A stretch of DNA of 64,000 nucleotides from Ophelia neglecta (GCA_965285935.1 OZ260667.1:30318001-30382000); one strand, 5' to 3'; numbered from the stretch's first letter, positions 28,201 through 42,689 are shown. Notes: generated from the sequence alone by a model not told the origin. Numbers and translations: made by a program.

Positions 28201-28966
28201 ACAGCCATCAATCAAGAAAAAAACCCTAAAATTGATTCAAATTAATACGGACCATTCTGCTGCATGAGCACTAACACACATGCGCAATTTCCCAAGTGTT
28301 TCTTCGCTATATCAATAACGATTTTGTAAGAGAATAAACAATGTCGATGTAAATATTAGGTGAATAATGCATGTCTTGCTAACTTTGTGTTCGTACAAGT
28401 GTTGTGATAAATTAAATCCTTTTTTTTTGCAAAGTTTTATTTTGCACTGGTACATCTTATTTCTACTAATAGACTTATTGGTGTTTTATTCTTGACCATT
28501 CAAGTGAGTAGAAATGACGAAGAAATGTTCTTTAAGCATGTCACAAGACTAGTGTATTGGCGAGTAATTTATTTAGCAGAGCTGCGAATTTCCCTAAAAT
28601 CCTCCAATTGTAATGCAGGCCTTCGCCAATATAAAAAATACAAGAGCGGACATAATTAATACTTACTAGGCAACACCACAACAGTATCGAGAGACTATGG
28701 TGAAATAGACTGCAAGCAGAAAACCCAAGCCTGGCCTCCAAGCTTGATACAATTCTGAATTCAAGTCCCTGTACAACTGACTTGACCAGAAAATAGGAAA
28801 TTACCTTATCAGTTAAAGGTATAATATTCAAATATTAGCGGCCGACTTTGGTATTTCCGATTTTGTGCGTGTTACCTGTTTCAATAACATGGATTATTAT
28901 CTGTGCATTTTTTGAACCTATATACGCCTTTTATATTTCCGCCTGTCATCCACTGACATCTATTTT

Positions 28967-29330
28967 TTAGTATAGTGTGTACATAATCAGTGGATGTTCT
29001 CCTTGGTACACGACCCATTGTCTTACCCACATACAAGTTTTTTCCCCATAAGATTTTGTCACTACAATTTGCACTTTAAGCGGCCAGAGATTGATGAGCG
29101 AAGGCCTCTTTAAGATACATTTTGTTGCAACAATTCGGTAAGATATTAAGAGGCTTGTTTCCATAAAGCTTTGTTTCCTTCCGAAGTTGCATATTCCGAA
29201 AGCTATGCGCTGTCTATTTGGTAGCCAGTGGAACGATCTTGACGTAAAATGGTTTCTAGTCTCTGCACTGACAACAATTCCAGCTGTACAAGGCATAAGT
29301 TGGGATACAGGGATGGTAAGATTGAGGATA
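28967..29330 (-). mobile_element. L2-type LINE ORF2 C-terminal remnant
   Basis: ORF 28967-29296: NHFTSRSFHWLPNRQRIAF...LKRPSLINL...TKSYGEKTC matches HITPVLxxLHWLPVxxRIxF...LRS...TKTYGDRAF. Confidence 0.65.
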
Positions 29331-31039
29331 CCAGTTCTAGTTTGATTTTACTGTGAAACATGGCCTTTTATAAGGTTAACCCTGGGCGCTCTATCACATA
29401 TTTCATTACAGGTTATGAAATAAGGACAGACAAATGTGTAGTATAATTATCTTAGGATCTGTTTATTCAGCACCATTCTTTTTTTTTAAATTCCGATGCT
29501 TTTAGCATTATGTGTTTTAAATGTTTTGATTAATTTTTTATTTGGTGTTCCTGCAAATATAATTTTGTGCAACCACGGTTTATTCCGTTTAGAATCATTG
29601 CTATCGACGAAAGTTTTTTCTAAGGCAATTTTCTTGTTGGCTTTCAACTAAACTACAACATATAATGGTGTTTATCAATTGGTGCGTCGAACACTCTCTA
29701 TGAATGTGATCAGCACAGACGACTGCAAGTAACAACGAAAAATGACATCGCGTGTTTTTTCACTCTACCTTAGCTGGAAAACCAATCATACACCCAATGC
29801 ACGAAAAGACTCGGTAGTTTTCAGAAAAAAACTAAATATTGTACCTGCTTGCTGATTCCAGGAGCGGTAGGTTCATTACATATCTGATCTTTTCGGTGAC
29901 ACTGCTTCATTGGAATGGTCGATTTTTCTTATAATTCACTCGGGCTATATCGTGTCTTGAAGGTTCAAAGGTGGATGGTAACGCATGAAGGCAATTATGT
30001 CTTGTCTATTTACTATTTTCTTTCGTTCCATGATTTGTGTACATTTCAGTGACTCACCATTCCTTTCCATTACTCTAAAGAATCTCGTTTTATATTTTGC
30101 AAACCGGGGAAACACCAGTGTCACAAAAATGACACACTGTTTTATTTCAATCAATGTCTTGCATAAACACCGGGGTTTATTATTGGCTGAAACATAGCAT
30201 GCCGGCAAAAGTATTTAAGATCAGAAAAAACGTATATAAACAATATTTATTCAAGTAAACAGATTTTGACATTAAACATTGTTTATGACCATCTGAGCAT
30301 TGATGCTCAAGTGACGACCATTCCAATTATCAGATGATGTGCTTCCTCCAGTGGTCGGACATTCTCCTGCACAGGTAATATGCCATCCATAATTAGAGTA
30401 CTGTTAGTTCTCGTTGAGCAATTACGCTTTATTGGCTATAATACATGCGACACACAGACCACTTGGCAATAGTGTAAGTAGAGGTTCATAAAGTATTACC
30501 GCCAGATGATCGACGCCTTGCGTCTGAGTCCAGGCTTATTGCTGTTTTACATCTTACTGTGTTTCCTTCACACAGTACCTATACTTGGATATATAGATAA
30601 TAGGTAGGATTGATATTCTGTTGGAAAGACATCTTTATTTGTTATTGGATCCTTAATCAATAATATGAGGTAGCGTCAGGCAACTTTGGCTAAAGAATGC
30701 TTTGCAATACACGCTTTAAGTAGATATCAGACGATTCGCTCAGACATGTGAGCACAGCAATATGTAGAACTTCTCGAACGATATTATTATAGATAAATGG
30801 ATAAGCAGTGGCTGACTTTTGTGTAATGTGTCTATACATTCCTTGATTAAAGGGATGGTCAATTTTTTATCAATACTGAGGAGAAGCAACATCATAGTTC
30901 ATAAACACAAAGAAAACATGCGTCATGAAAAGAAAATTGAATGAATCAGTCACTGCACTTCAGACCCAATATACTATTGGTCTATCAGCATGCATAAGTG
31001 GAAGGGCTGTATCGTTATACACTGAATAGACTGGGGGGC

Positions 31040-31340
31040 CTGGGGGTATTGGAATTCATGATAGATCACGCCAGTACATAATGAAATGACAGACAGCTTC
31101 TCAATACTTCCATTATCACTTGATGGGATATCGATGTCCTCTCATTTCTAAATCTGGTTCCAATGCTGTTCTGCACAGCGTAGATGATGCATGTAAAGTC
31201 CACCATGGGAACTGTTCTTCGGCGTTTGCCATGATGAGGCTGCTAATTTGGAATTACCATGTCATTATTGGCCCCGCCTGCAATTTCTACCCAGCTGGAC
31301 CTTTTTTACCCTAAAGCACCTCAGTTACCTTATACTTGAC
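31040..31340 (-). mobile_element. Weak LINE APE-endonuclease remnant
   Basis: VTEVL (xTETWL), NSSHGGLYM (RxxxxGGVxxY) and TGVIYH (GxxYHPP), in order. Confidence 0.3.
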
Positions 31341-34319
31341 CATCAAAAGGGAGGTCCCACCTTTTAAAGTGAGATCCTTCACCCTGGGATTAAAGCCGAG
31401 AGTGGGGTCAGTGGCTAGTGGTCAATATGAATCCTTTACTCTCCTGATGATGACTAGTGAGTGATCAAATTGTCATCAGGCCAGGATATGTTGAAACGTG
31501 GTCCATCTGCGCCCAAGAGGCCGACATATTCAATCAATCTTAACAGAATGATGTTTATTTTGATGATAGATACATAATCATTATCCTGTCGAAGAGTATC
31601 GATTCCTATTGCCTCTGACGACAGAGTTTGGAAGATGGGTCAATCTTTACTAAAAATACTGAAAGTGGCTTGGTCAATGCCACATTCTAAAGTGTTTTCC
31701 CGACTATCAGAATTATCGGTTTATTCCCCACAAACCGTTTCCGTTTAGGAACAATTGAGTTTCAATAATATGACAGTGAATACACAATAAAGTTAAGTGA
31801 AAACGGACTTCTATACAGAGACTGTTCACTTCTGAGACACGTTGACTGTTTACCACCAATGTGCATTTAATAGGCCACTGTGGTGCGAATTTCTTTTAAC
31901 TGGATTTTCAACCAGCAAAGAAACCCTATAAAACCCCAAAATCGTGGACTTCGACTCACACGGCCCGTGCTTTTCTTCTGATTGTAGCAAATTATTTGTA
32001 ATCACGTGACTTTCCAGGGAATTCTGAATGAACTGTAGATTATAATGTTTCCGAGTTTCAACGTATAACGTGATTTTCCATAAGCTCAATTGATGTTTAA
32101 TTACTCAGTCTGTCACTCCACTTAAGCGAAGTTAAATTTAATTTCACATTTTATTATTACTAATGTTAATAGTACGATATAAATCAATACAATAGTTTGA
32201 CCATGTATGACGTTATCTTTTCCACAATACAATCCTAGCATTTTTCTGTCTGTTCTAAGCCTTTTCCTAAAGTTTTAAAACAAACGCAGTTTTGAAAAGC
32301 GTTAAATAAATCTTCACAAACAACAATATTCATGAATAGTAAAAAACCTAGATGTATGTGTCTCTATAAGCGAAAGTAATAGCCTTTTGTTACTTTAAAT
32401 AAAAACGTCAGTTGCCAAAACCTCTTTTGAACAAAAAGAGACAGGTTTTAAGGTCACTCGAAACGGAATTTGGTATTGGGTCTTGCTATTAGATCTATGA
32501 ATCTATAATGCTTTTCGCTTTTTGTCCACTTAAACGTACGTCTCGTAGTTGTGTTTAACTTGACAGTTAAAATGTTTTGTTTTTAGAGACTCGACTCACT
32601 AAAATCATATCATGTAAGGCATTTTAGATTTTCTCTAAAGTTGTTCATGGATCGATATTAACTTGTTAAAGTTGGCTGAGAATATTACTAAAACATATTG
32701 GTACTGACGTTATTTTATGCCCTTTCATTGAAGTTCTCAATAATTTGATTTTATGTTATGGTACGTCGTAATATGATTAAAACAATTGACTTCTACCAGA
32801 ACCATATTCATGTACAGCATAAATATACTTTTGAATAGCAATAGCTTCTAAACCGCGTGTACCTTATTTTTGTTAACCGTTCATGATTACTGCATTGTAC
32901 GATAATACAAATGCATCCTGGAAAATGGTTATACTTGTGATCTGTTCCAATAATCTAGCCCAAACATCTTAAGATAAACAAACAACTGACATGATTCGAG
33001 ATGGCAAACAATTCGCCATTCGAATATGCACGAACATCCGCCATTAATGAAAATAGAATGACAAATTTAGGTGGTGGACAGATGGACATAAATGTTGAAG
33101 TAATTTACAAATCGCCGGAGACAGGTATCAGTTATAACGCCGTATCAATTGAGCACCAACAAATAGGAAGGTGATACAACGTATGACAACATGTTTTACT
33201 TTAAAAACTTTGAATGTGGTCGTTTTAGTAAATATTTAGCTTTCACGCTTTCGTTTTGATTTTGTTTATTATTTTAAGTAAATTCCTTGAACAATTGACT
33301 TATATAATCGTTAAAAGACTGGACTGGATATTTTATCATAGTTAACATAAGAGATCATAAAACATTTGTTTTTATACTATACATGAGAGATTGGCTGTTC
33401 TATCATGCCTTTTGTTTTACTTTTTCTGGACAGATGGGAAAGTTTTAACCCTATTTCCAGATCATCGTTTAATATCGCAGCACCGGATTAAAATCTCTGT
33501 TAGTACAATTATACAGTTTTTACATAACATATCAGGAACAACAACATTGTAATGGGATTTTTTTTCAATAAAAAATATGCTGCACTTCAGCCTAGTTGAG
33601 CAAAGCAAATTCATGTGTTAACTCATGGTCAAATTCTTGGATGATGGCGATTTTTCATTTCTAGTTTTCTGATAACCTTAAATGGATCTCTCGGTATTAC
33701 AGTTACAGAGAGAATTGGTTGTGAGATACATAACCCCGCACAGTGGGACCGTCTAAAAAGTCTTCATGAAATAAAGCATAATATATTAGTAATTATACTT
33801 TCAACGAATTTTGAGCTACCACTTATACCAAGAACCTGGCTGAATGATCACTGCCTTAACCCAGAGGGCACATTAAATGATAGGTCAAATTAGTTCAAAG
33901 CTTCATTGACATGCAGTGCACAATTTAAAAAGCCCACAAAAGACTGCTTATTGTCGAATCCTTATAAAACGATTCGCTGGCACGCAACGACCAGGGTGGC
34001 TCAGAAAGCTTAGAGGAAGCGATAGGCGATCGTATAAAAACACTGTGGAAAGTTATGAGACCACAGTCAAAACAAGCAAATGCAAATGGTGGAAAGGTTG
34101 TTGAGAAAATGTCGACAGAGAACGGCCCTTGTGTACTAAATGTGTGCAAGCAAAGTGTTTGAAATGTCCAACCACAAATTGTTTAACCAATTCGAGTAGA
34201 TGCGTAAGACAAACACGGGTTGGTTAGGGTTTGACTTCTACATATACTGTCAAACAGGAACAGGTGGCAATGGTGGGACACAATATTGACGAATCTTCGT
34301 TATTTCTTCACCATGTTAC

Positions 34320-34550
34320 TCATAAAGAACCAAGAACATGAAGCAGTTCCTTCCTGTCTGCTTCTTCGGTTATACTTATGAGCTTAAAATATGGTGTCTG
34401 GTATTTGGTGGCTGATTGTCTCTTCTCCATATCAGACATTTCATTACTTCTCCTACCCACATTTGCATGGTGTTCCTTAAACCGGGCCAGGTGTCTTACT
34501 GCAACGCTTGAATTTCCATTTCCATTGCACGTGAATTGATAAGGGTTGTC
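34320..34550 (-). mobile_element. Penelope-like GIY-YIG endonuclease remnant
   Basis: ORF 34320-34610: YQFTCNGNGNSSVAVRHLARFKEHH...ELLHVLGSL matches VYxFTCxGCNxxYxGxTxRHLxxRxKEH...LxILESLxI. Confidence 0.6.
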
Positions 34551-34839
34551 AAATATTAAAAACCAAGGTCGATCAAAAAATAGAATGCTCGTCTGACAGG
34601 CCACATACATATGTTTATTTACCGAGGCACATGCGTTTAGCTAGTATCAAAGGAATATAATCCATCTGATAGAAATTATCTGGACGGATATGAGCAAAGG
34701 TCGTATTCTGGGAAACCAGACACTGGGACCAAGCTGCGATAACTGGCCATTAACACCCCATTTCTGAAAGGACCTAGTCGGCCGAAATCTGGTTGTTTAT
34801 TAAATCTTTGGTTGAGGAAGCAGTGATTTTCCTGTAATT

Positions 34840-35110
34840 GATGGGATTTTGTATTCCCTTTTCAGCCGTGTTGGAAATGCACAGAGCACTTTCCTGCTCC
34901 CAATCACTCCAAACGACGTCAGTAACAATCAACTATCGGTGCCACACATCAGGTGTCGAGGCATTTCACAGACCACAGAGTGGCTCCGGCAGAGTAGCCA
35001 TGCCTCAAGGGAACATACAATTTTCGGCCGATAAAAATTCTGAACGACTGCTAGATATCTACTACTTAAATATGGACAGAAGCCCAAGAAATTGCGGATA
35101 TCTCTGAGGC
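34840..35110 (+). mobile_element. Gypsy-like integrase core remnant
   Basis: CIPFSAV (FGxPxxIV), VPHIR..AFHRPQSGSGRV (GIxHxxxxPYHPQSNGxxE) and RSPRNCGY (RxTPxxxTGxSP). Confidence 0.4.
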
Positions 35111-36012
35111 ACTTAAAATAGATAGTGCTTCAAAATCAATCGACATTGGGCAGACTGCATCTCGCCGAGATAAATATCTGTCATCCCGTTGAGTAGCTAT
35201 TTAGTTTATATTAATGTAGGTCTTTCTGAGGTGGCTCAGCTTGGTGGGCCCCCTCGTCATGATGTCATGCCAAGTCTTTATCTCCCCGGGCTCATGTTGT
35301 GATATAACGGAACAGCTGCTTTAAACATATCCGAAATATCAATCTTCACAGCCATGGGTTCTTGACTTGGTTGATCTCAGTTTCATTAGATACATGTATT
35401 TGGCGGCTTCAAACGATTTGTAAATGGATTCCACCTGTCTATCTTTATAGGAAAAGCTGAAGTGTTTATGACTCTTAACTGTCCATTAGACCAAGCTTAG
35501 GCTGGTCTTAGTTACAGCCATATGCTATGGGCAGCGGCCACATGCAAATATTACTCAATGCTGGACATACGGAGGCGTTAGCTCAGAAATTTAATTTTAT
35601 CTTCATTCGTCAGAAAGAAAGGAAGCGACCTAATTAAAAGTGATATGTTGACGTATCAGCTCGAGCAGAGATAATGCTAATTGCCCTTGCTGGTAACACT
35701 ATCCACGTTATCCGTGATCTGCAGTCATTCCTTTTCATAAAGCGACCGCAGATAGTAAAAGCATTCAACAGTCATCATGTTGGCCGCCTTCCATCGAACC
35801 ACTATCACCTCACATCATTCATATTCTCATCTCGATCATTTTCCATTCTTTCCCCCTAAGCCAATACCAACAACGCCGCGCAGTTAAGGACGAGCCATAA
35901 ATAATCTCCGGGGGTTGGAGGGGGAGGGGACGTCACAACAACGTATAGCCATTACAAATCTGCAAATGCTATGCCGGTTGTACTAAATTTGTGTGCATTT
36001 TAAGGCGGAAGT

Positions 36013-36201
36013 CAGCAGCGTAGCCAGACCTATTAGCATGTGTACGCATTAAAATCAAATACATAAGCTACAGTCATACTGCCTTGAGAACTGCGCTCTC
36101 TTAATAGTTAATGTAAGGCTACGCAAATTTACAATTAATACCAAAAAAAAGAACAAAACAATACGCGCGTGCGTACGTGTTTATGCCAGGCTACGCCACT
36201 G
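36013..36201. mobile_element. 189-bp MITE with CAGTGGCGTAGCC-type terminal inverted repeats
   Basis: Left cagcagcgtagcc (36013-36025) versus right ggctacgccactg (36189-36201) pair at 11/13 positions. Flanked by GAAGT on both sides (36008-36012 and 36202-36206). Confidence 0.7.
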
Positions 36202-37599
36202 GAAGTGTGTTCATGAAAATGTCAGAATATAACTTAAATTATTGTACACGATATGCTTGTGGGCTTATCAAATTCTAAAACTACGAATTATATTGGCCAT
36301 AAAATAAAAATTACAAATTCAACTATAGCCACCAAATAAATATAAGCCTACATTGCGGTATTTATGACTGTGGGACTTTTTGGACAAATTAATTGTACCC
36401 AACCCCCCTGACATAAATCTCTGAGAAGTTCCTTAGGGTGCCTTCTCGCATAAGCAATATGCCGCAAATTGAATTGTAGATAAGTAGTGGAAGCGCTGGA
36501 CAACTACAGTGTTTATCTACGGGTTGGGCGATCTTGGCCAAGTTTGTATATCTGATCCGGCTTCTTTATTGACCGGTGGCGAGCGGCCAATAAACCACAG
36601 AGAAAATATCGAAGACTGATATGAGTAGAAAGTGAAAACGAGCTGCCAAGGGGAGGATCTAACGTCGGCGAGGACCAAGTGACGTCACCAGACAGAGACA
36701 TACAGACAAAGAAAAGCATTACAATACCAGCACACGTTTCATACCAGTAATAACTGAAAAATCGTGAATGGAAATCAAAACGGAGTACTAGTGTAATCAA
36801 TATACATGTAATATTAAAAGCTTAACTTCATAACAAATGTAACGTTTGTGCTCAAAATTTTATAAGTAATTTTAAAAATAAACCTGATGTACAAAATGTC
36901 ACAACAGGTCGTGTTGATTTATTGTTGATGTTGTCAATTCGTATAGTCAACCGACCAGCTTATGTATTAGTCCGAAATACAATTCTGCAATGGACACCAC
37001 GACCTATCGTGAACTCGCCGTTTCATGACAAAAATCTACCACGAATAAGCCTTTCATCATTCCGGAACAGTTAATGAATAAGCAAAAGTGTGGCAATTTA
37101 TTACGGAAGTAGATTTTGCGCATGCACTTCATGTCAATACTGGTGCGAATCGTGTGCCTCTTTTAACCTTTCACTCAGAGCTTTACCCCACTGTGCATAG
37201 AAATGCTGAGCCATAGTATACTAATGTGGACAGTGGTCATATCCCACTGACCCCAGTAGTATACTCTGTCTGAACCCAGAATTACATTTCAACATCGCCA
37301 ACCGCACTTTGCCTCCCTAGTCAAAGATTTGTAGAGACATAAAAGCAGTAGGGAAGCATATATAGCTTGCAAAAAAGCAGAGGTAACAGAGCAACTAACA
37401 CACGATAAGATGTTCTCCAAGAGTCTACAAAAACAGGCAGCGTACTTAATTCCATATGTCAATATATATATTGTTTAATAATAATATCATTCGAATGTGC
37501 TCTTTGGTTGGATATGTTGTTTTATAGAGTTCACTCTGTTTACGAGAGCATGATATCAAGTCAGTTTTATATAGGAGCAATCAGTTGTCATGCAAAGGC

Positions 37600-37693
37600 A
37601 AAGAACAGCATCATATAATTGGTATAAAAGCAAAGGGTAGAATCATAGGATTAGTACAAAGGAAAAAAGGCAGAATCATAGGATTAGTACAAA
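37600..37693. repeat. About 33-bp period tandem repeat, about 3 copies
   Basis: agaatcataggattagtacaaa is exact at 37639-37660 and 37672-37693. A degenerate copy (agcatcatataattggtataaa) lies just upstream. Confidence 0.85.
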
Positions 37694-38069
37694 CTTTAAG
37701 GCAAACGGGAGTATCTAATATACAGTCAGATTATATAAACTTAACTAAAACACATTACATTTTAAATGTGGTATTCTATAAGTAGGTCACACTTATGTGT
37801 ACATTTTCAACATTTGAGTTCGCGCTTTGAACGGGTCAGCGGTTTTACATTTGTACTGGATAAAAATGGGTTTTTAGCAGGCCTAACATTATTTTCATAT
37901 CATACGATACCTAAAGGTCAATTTAGCTTTCGCAATAACTTTCGCTTTCCCGTTTACATAAAGCCTTTCAAGTGATGAGAAGTACAACAACTATCAAGCA
38001 ATGATATTTCATTGCGCCTCGTAGAAACGGTCCTAGGGTCATTTCATATAATCATCACCAGGCGGGATT

Positions 38070-39154
38070 ACATGGGGAGCGGGGTAACAATGGACCATGG
38101 ACTTGCTTGTCATCGTGCTGGCCCTAGTATCATTTTCGGCCATTAGCGCCAAATTAATTGCTGGGTGATACTGATAAAAGGGCAGCTTGTTTATCCATCT
38201 ACCAACGTCACCTGACTATTTTCGTCTTTAGTTTCTGCAGCCCCGGGTCAACTCAGACCTGGCGACTGCTAAGCCGCCAAATTCATTTCCAATGTTGCCA
38301 CAGGGCCTGGCTTCAGGACAAGCCGTGATCGGCGAAGAATCATATAACCGCCGCTGTTTGATCAAGCAATGGTCTTCCCCATTGAATCGTTCTCCTTGGT
38401 TGGTCGTTTAATAATTGATTTCATACCTTTGAGTGAGTACACTCCCCAGTGAATAGCTGTGGAAATAATTGTAAATAACTAGTGTGGACCTTAATTGCTT
38501 TTGGAAGTAATTTTGAGCAGGCCAACAAACTCCATGACTGAATATTTCAAGTAAATCCAACGATTCATGCATATTGCATGGATTGTACAATCTGGAGCTG
38601 TTGTCATTACCCGCGAGGTACGCAATGAGAGGTCAAGTGAGCGAATTCGCCCGCTTTTTGGTTGGCTGCAGACGATTCCCTGGAGCTCGTGTTTCATTTT
38701 GGTTTTAGGCTTTCCATCAAGTGTTTAGAAGAAGCGAAGGCGCCAAGAGACGGAAAAGCCACCAGACTTACACTGGCATCACTTACCCTACCCGTCAAAT
38801 CCCGTGTTTCCCCATTACCTCGCGGGATGACTCTCAGCTGCCCGGTCGGGCTTTCGTTGCCTCTGAAGGCTTGTCTGCAGGCCCGCTGCTCCCAACACAC
38901 CTGATTCCTTGATAACTGCCTGACGCACAAATCCGTGTAAAATGAGACTGACGGTCGATCCAATGGCGGCATTAGACAAGCTTTATCAACCTCAAAACAA
39001 GGTCATTCAAGTTGCAAAGCTGGCCGATAGTAAGATTGGCTTGAGCTAAAACAAACATAACCCGCCTACTTTGCCGGTGCTTGGACTCCATATACTCCCG
39101 CTGCTGATAACTAAGGCGGCGTCGGGGTCTGTAGAAGACTGTATCATTGGCCAT
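38070..39154 (-). mobile_element. Gypsy pol remnant (RT start, connection, RNase H, integrase start)
   Basis: VFYRPRRRLSYQQRE; VRQLSRNQVCWEQRACRQAF...VSDAS; KHELQGIV...MNRWIYL...SKSN; GYMILRRSRLVL; SPWSIV. All appear in canonical Gypsy order. Confidence 0.55.
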
Positions 39155-40129
39155 GTGTGGAGATCTCCGGCGGTTCTCAGATCTGCCTTGGGCGAATAAT
39201 TCAACCTGCTGCCAACCTACGTATACCTAAATACACCCCTTCGGGCTTCCTCAATTACAGGTCAGGTTTCGAGAAAGTTGCAAAAAGGTTTGGGCAATTT
39301 AAATAGGTTTTCCACAGTTCCTTAAGGTACAGAGGTTACAAATTCTTATTTATTTCTCAACATTTTCAGAAGCTGACAATTCGTGGGACCTGTGGTTTCT
39401 AATACATTCTGACCCCCCCCCCCCTCCCCCCCGATACGACGTTCTGTCTTAGTTTTTTTTCAAGATTGTGGTTTATCGATAGAAGGTGTAAGGTAACGGA
39501 AAAGTTAAATTCCCAAACAGATAACTAAGATACGAGTTACCTTTAGCAATAACAAAATAAATCTGTACAGAAGAAAATAAATAACATAAAATGACATGTC
39601 CTTGCACAAATCAACTGGAATTTTAATGGCATTATTATAATAGCAGCTTAAGGTTTGAAATAAGCCTAACATCAGATTACTTAATATTACGAAGCAGTTA
39701 GTTTTGCAATACACACAAAGCTTGAAAGTTACTGATTTGCGTTAAAGGTGGGTTATGGCCAAATTTATAAATAAGTAGAAGACACCGGTAGCTTTCCCGC
39801 ATATGATTTCCTGTGGGCTCACTCGAACTTCTAAACTTCATTGAGTAATCATAATGTTGTTCCTTTTTACTAAAATATTTGAGTTATTGTTTCAACCGTG
39901 CCATGGGAACCAAATAATATATAAATTCCCTACTGACGCCGTACAACAGCCTCGGCTTGATATATTGCAGAAGACATCAGCTCACTCTAACTGTACAAAA
40001 TCACCTACTGTGGCAGGGAACTGATTTGTTTTCCCTTGTAAAAGTTTTACATAAAAAATGAGTTGACGTTAATTTACGATACCCACATGGCAGCGTTAGA
40101 CATAATGTTTGAGATTTTCTTTGCACAGT

Positions 40130-40430
40130 CGTACAGTTGGAAATTTCCACTTAATGGCTTGCGATCCAAACCGCTGGACACATCAAGCCCGGTTTATGTT
40201 AACGACTCATGGTGGAATAAAGACACTGTACCAAAAGGCCTAATGTGTCCACATTGTTGCAGCAATATTAAACTTGTATATACAAGTACATATGAGAGTT
40301 GGTTGCTCTTTTCCACATATATTTGACCCAGCCCCCATCTTCTAGGCAAGACGTGCCAATAAAGGTCATTTCACAGCTGCAGATTGAAAATGGATATTAC
40401 TGATTTTGTATTGTCTGTCTGGAATCCACT
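40130..40430 (+). mobile_element. Weak APE-endonuclease remnant (Rex1/Babar-like)
   Basis: LNGL...VYVNDSWW...HCCSNIKLV resembles LxGF...VxxYVNxxWC...CSPDIELL. Confidence 0.33.
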
Positions 40431-41279
40431 CCGATTTTTATCTTTTCTCCCTGTTAGATTATTTATTACCTCTCAATACATGTGTACCGTGCTTTCCTAT
40501 TTTGGCTGCTACACACGGATTTTCCTTTTTCGGAGTTTGTAGTGAATTTGACAGCACACTATCCTCAACTGTTATTGAATAGATACTCTTATAGATATTG
40601 AAACGGCTCTGAGGATGGCATTGAAGCCAAGTGAAGCCGTGGTTTGTGATTGGAAATCAGTTTGGGCTTAATTCCCAAATTTATTTATCTGAAAAGTTGA
40701 CATTTGTACATCTCGTTCAACTAGGTCTATATTTGCTGGTTTCTAAACACCTCTGGTGTGAAATATCGTCTGAATGGGGTCAGCATTTGCCCTTCCTATG
40801 ACACAATTGCAACTTTGCTTAATCGACTGGTGATAGCGTGACGGCCAATATTATTTCTTTTCACGCCTCGGTGACTTCTATCAGTCTTTATGTCGTTTAA
40901 TGTGGTGGGCCGGACGACCCGCATCCCCGCCTTGAGCAGGACCGTTCTTTTAACGAGGTCCTTCAGGCTTCAGGTTCACTAAGCAGACGACAACCGCTCA
41001 TTTAGGTTCATCCACTGTTACGGTATCAGTTTATTGTAATGCATAGAACTAGTGTCTCACTAGACTTTAACCTTGTATGGATGATCAAGTATATCCGAAC
41101 ATCTTATCCCTCTAGAAATATGTATATATATCCCATGGATACGTTAATACAAATTTTAGCTGACGAAATTTTGTGTAAAGTATGAGATGATAATTATACA
41201 ACCTGTACTCTCTGGTTGAGTAGGTTATTGACAACTGCATGGAGTCGAGGCTATGATGACAACAAGACAGCGGACACAA

Positions 41280-41600
41280 TATCCCAGTTGCACTCGAGTT
41301 GAGTATTGTCTGACAGCCAACCGTGTCGAGAATTATTGAACCATTCTTCATATCAAAGCTTAAGGCCCGATTAATTCTCTAGCCAATGACGTTAGCAATT
41401 TAAACCAGCCTGCGGATATACAGACCAACTTCTTACCGGAAATGAAGCCAAAAATCTATAAACGGGCAAGTGGCCGGGCACAATCATACACCCGACGCAA
41501 ACACATCGATGATTGAGTTTATAACATAACATTTATCTCCTACCGGTATCAGCCAAAAATGAACCTATCTCACACTATCATATCTCGAAGCCCAGCATTG
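41280..41600 (+). mobile_element. Weak Penelope-like GIY-YIG remnant
   Basis: RVEYCLTAN..RII (KVSYSCMxN..II), IYKRA (IYKA) and YNITFISYR...LSHY (YNNHxxSFR...LSxY). Confidence 0.33.
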
Positions 41601-42689
41601 CAGAGAAGCATCGTTGTGAAAATACTAAGCGTTTATACTTGGTTTTTGTTCATTGCCTGAACAATTCTTTTGGCATACACAACTTAACGTTTGTACTGTG
41701 TTTATCGCAATCCTGCGCACGCATCTTATTAAACTTATGGCTTAATTAACCTACTTATGGCAGATCTACCCATATATTTGGCGGTGATGAAGTGATATTT
41801 TGCGTGATATAAAATGTAACTTTAGGAATGTCGAAACACGTAGGCCTGTGGGGTTACTATGTCGGATATACTAATAAAATGTCTATAGCTGTGACCACAG
41901 TAACTCCATCGCTGGCTTCTCTGGCCTTTGAATCCGAGGTTTACAGCAACACGAGGTGATCTAGGATGCTGGCAGCAAACTCTTCCTTCAATGAACAGGC
42001 GAAAGTTTGGCAGGCTCGATGGATACTTGATGCGGTATCTTCACCGGCCACACAGCGTCTTGGAATTATGTGTAATCAATTTAAAATATCGTGATAAATG
42101 AGCTCTAACGAGACAGCGTCAGTTGGAGCACTGTAGTGGTCAGCCCAGCCCTTCTCGACCAATCATCCATCAAATACTTACTTAAGAAATATCACAATAC
42201 AGCCAGGAATTACAATTATCTGCCCTATTTAAAGCCAAGCCGCACACTTTAAATATAAATGATGCCAGCTAATCAAAGACCCGCTGCCGTACAAAGTCAG
42301 AAGGCATTTAATCGTACGTCATACCTAGCAAACCAATTAGAGGCAGCCTTTTTTTAAACACACCAATTACACGTAGACAAAATGTGCGTCAGCAGTAGCT
42401 TGAGTACACTGTTTTCTAGCATCGTATGATTTTAAACCTTTTTTTCTTAAAGTCTGCAGACTTTATGTGGCTCGTATAAGACCCCTTTTTCTTGAGTTAC
42501 TGCCATCGGCATGGCATGGCAGATAAGCCTTGGCTGGGTTTGAATAATAAAGTTAATCCAGATCCATATTGCGCGATTTTAATTACGACATGTGTTCCTT
42601 TGAACATTTGGCAATTGGAATTGCTCGTTTGTACTTGGTCTATTCCAAAATTGTTTAAGGGATCATGATTGATGAGACGATAAAGGAAC

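Noticed and set aside
31443-31503. CTGATGA...GAAAC-GTG-GTC, a Penelope-type hammerhead look-alike
   Set aside because: Stem I cannot form, stem II is only 3 bp, and the core is sequestered in a cctgatga/tcatcagg hairpin.
37600-37693. Spaced direct repeats (also 51281-51327) as a mini-CRISPR array
   Set aside because: Only 2-3 units, spacers of 7-11 bp, no cas genes, and eukaryotic context.
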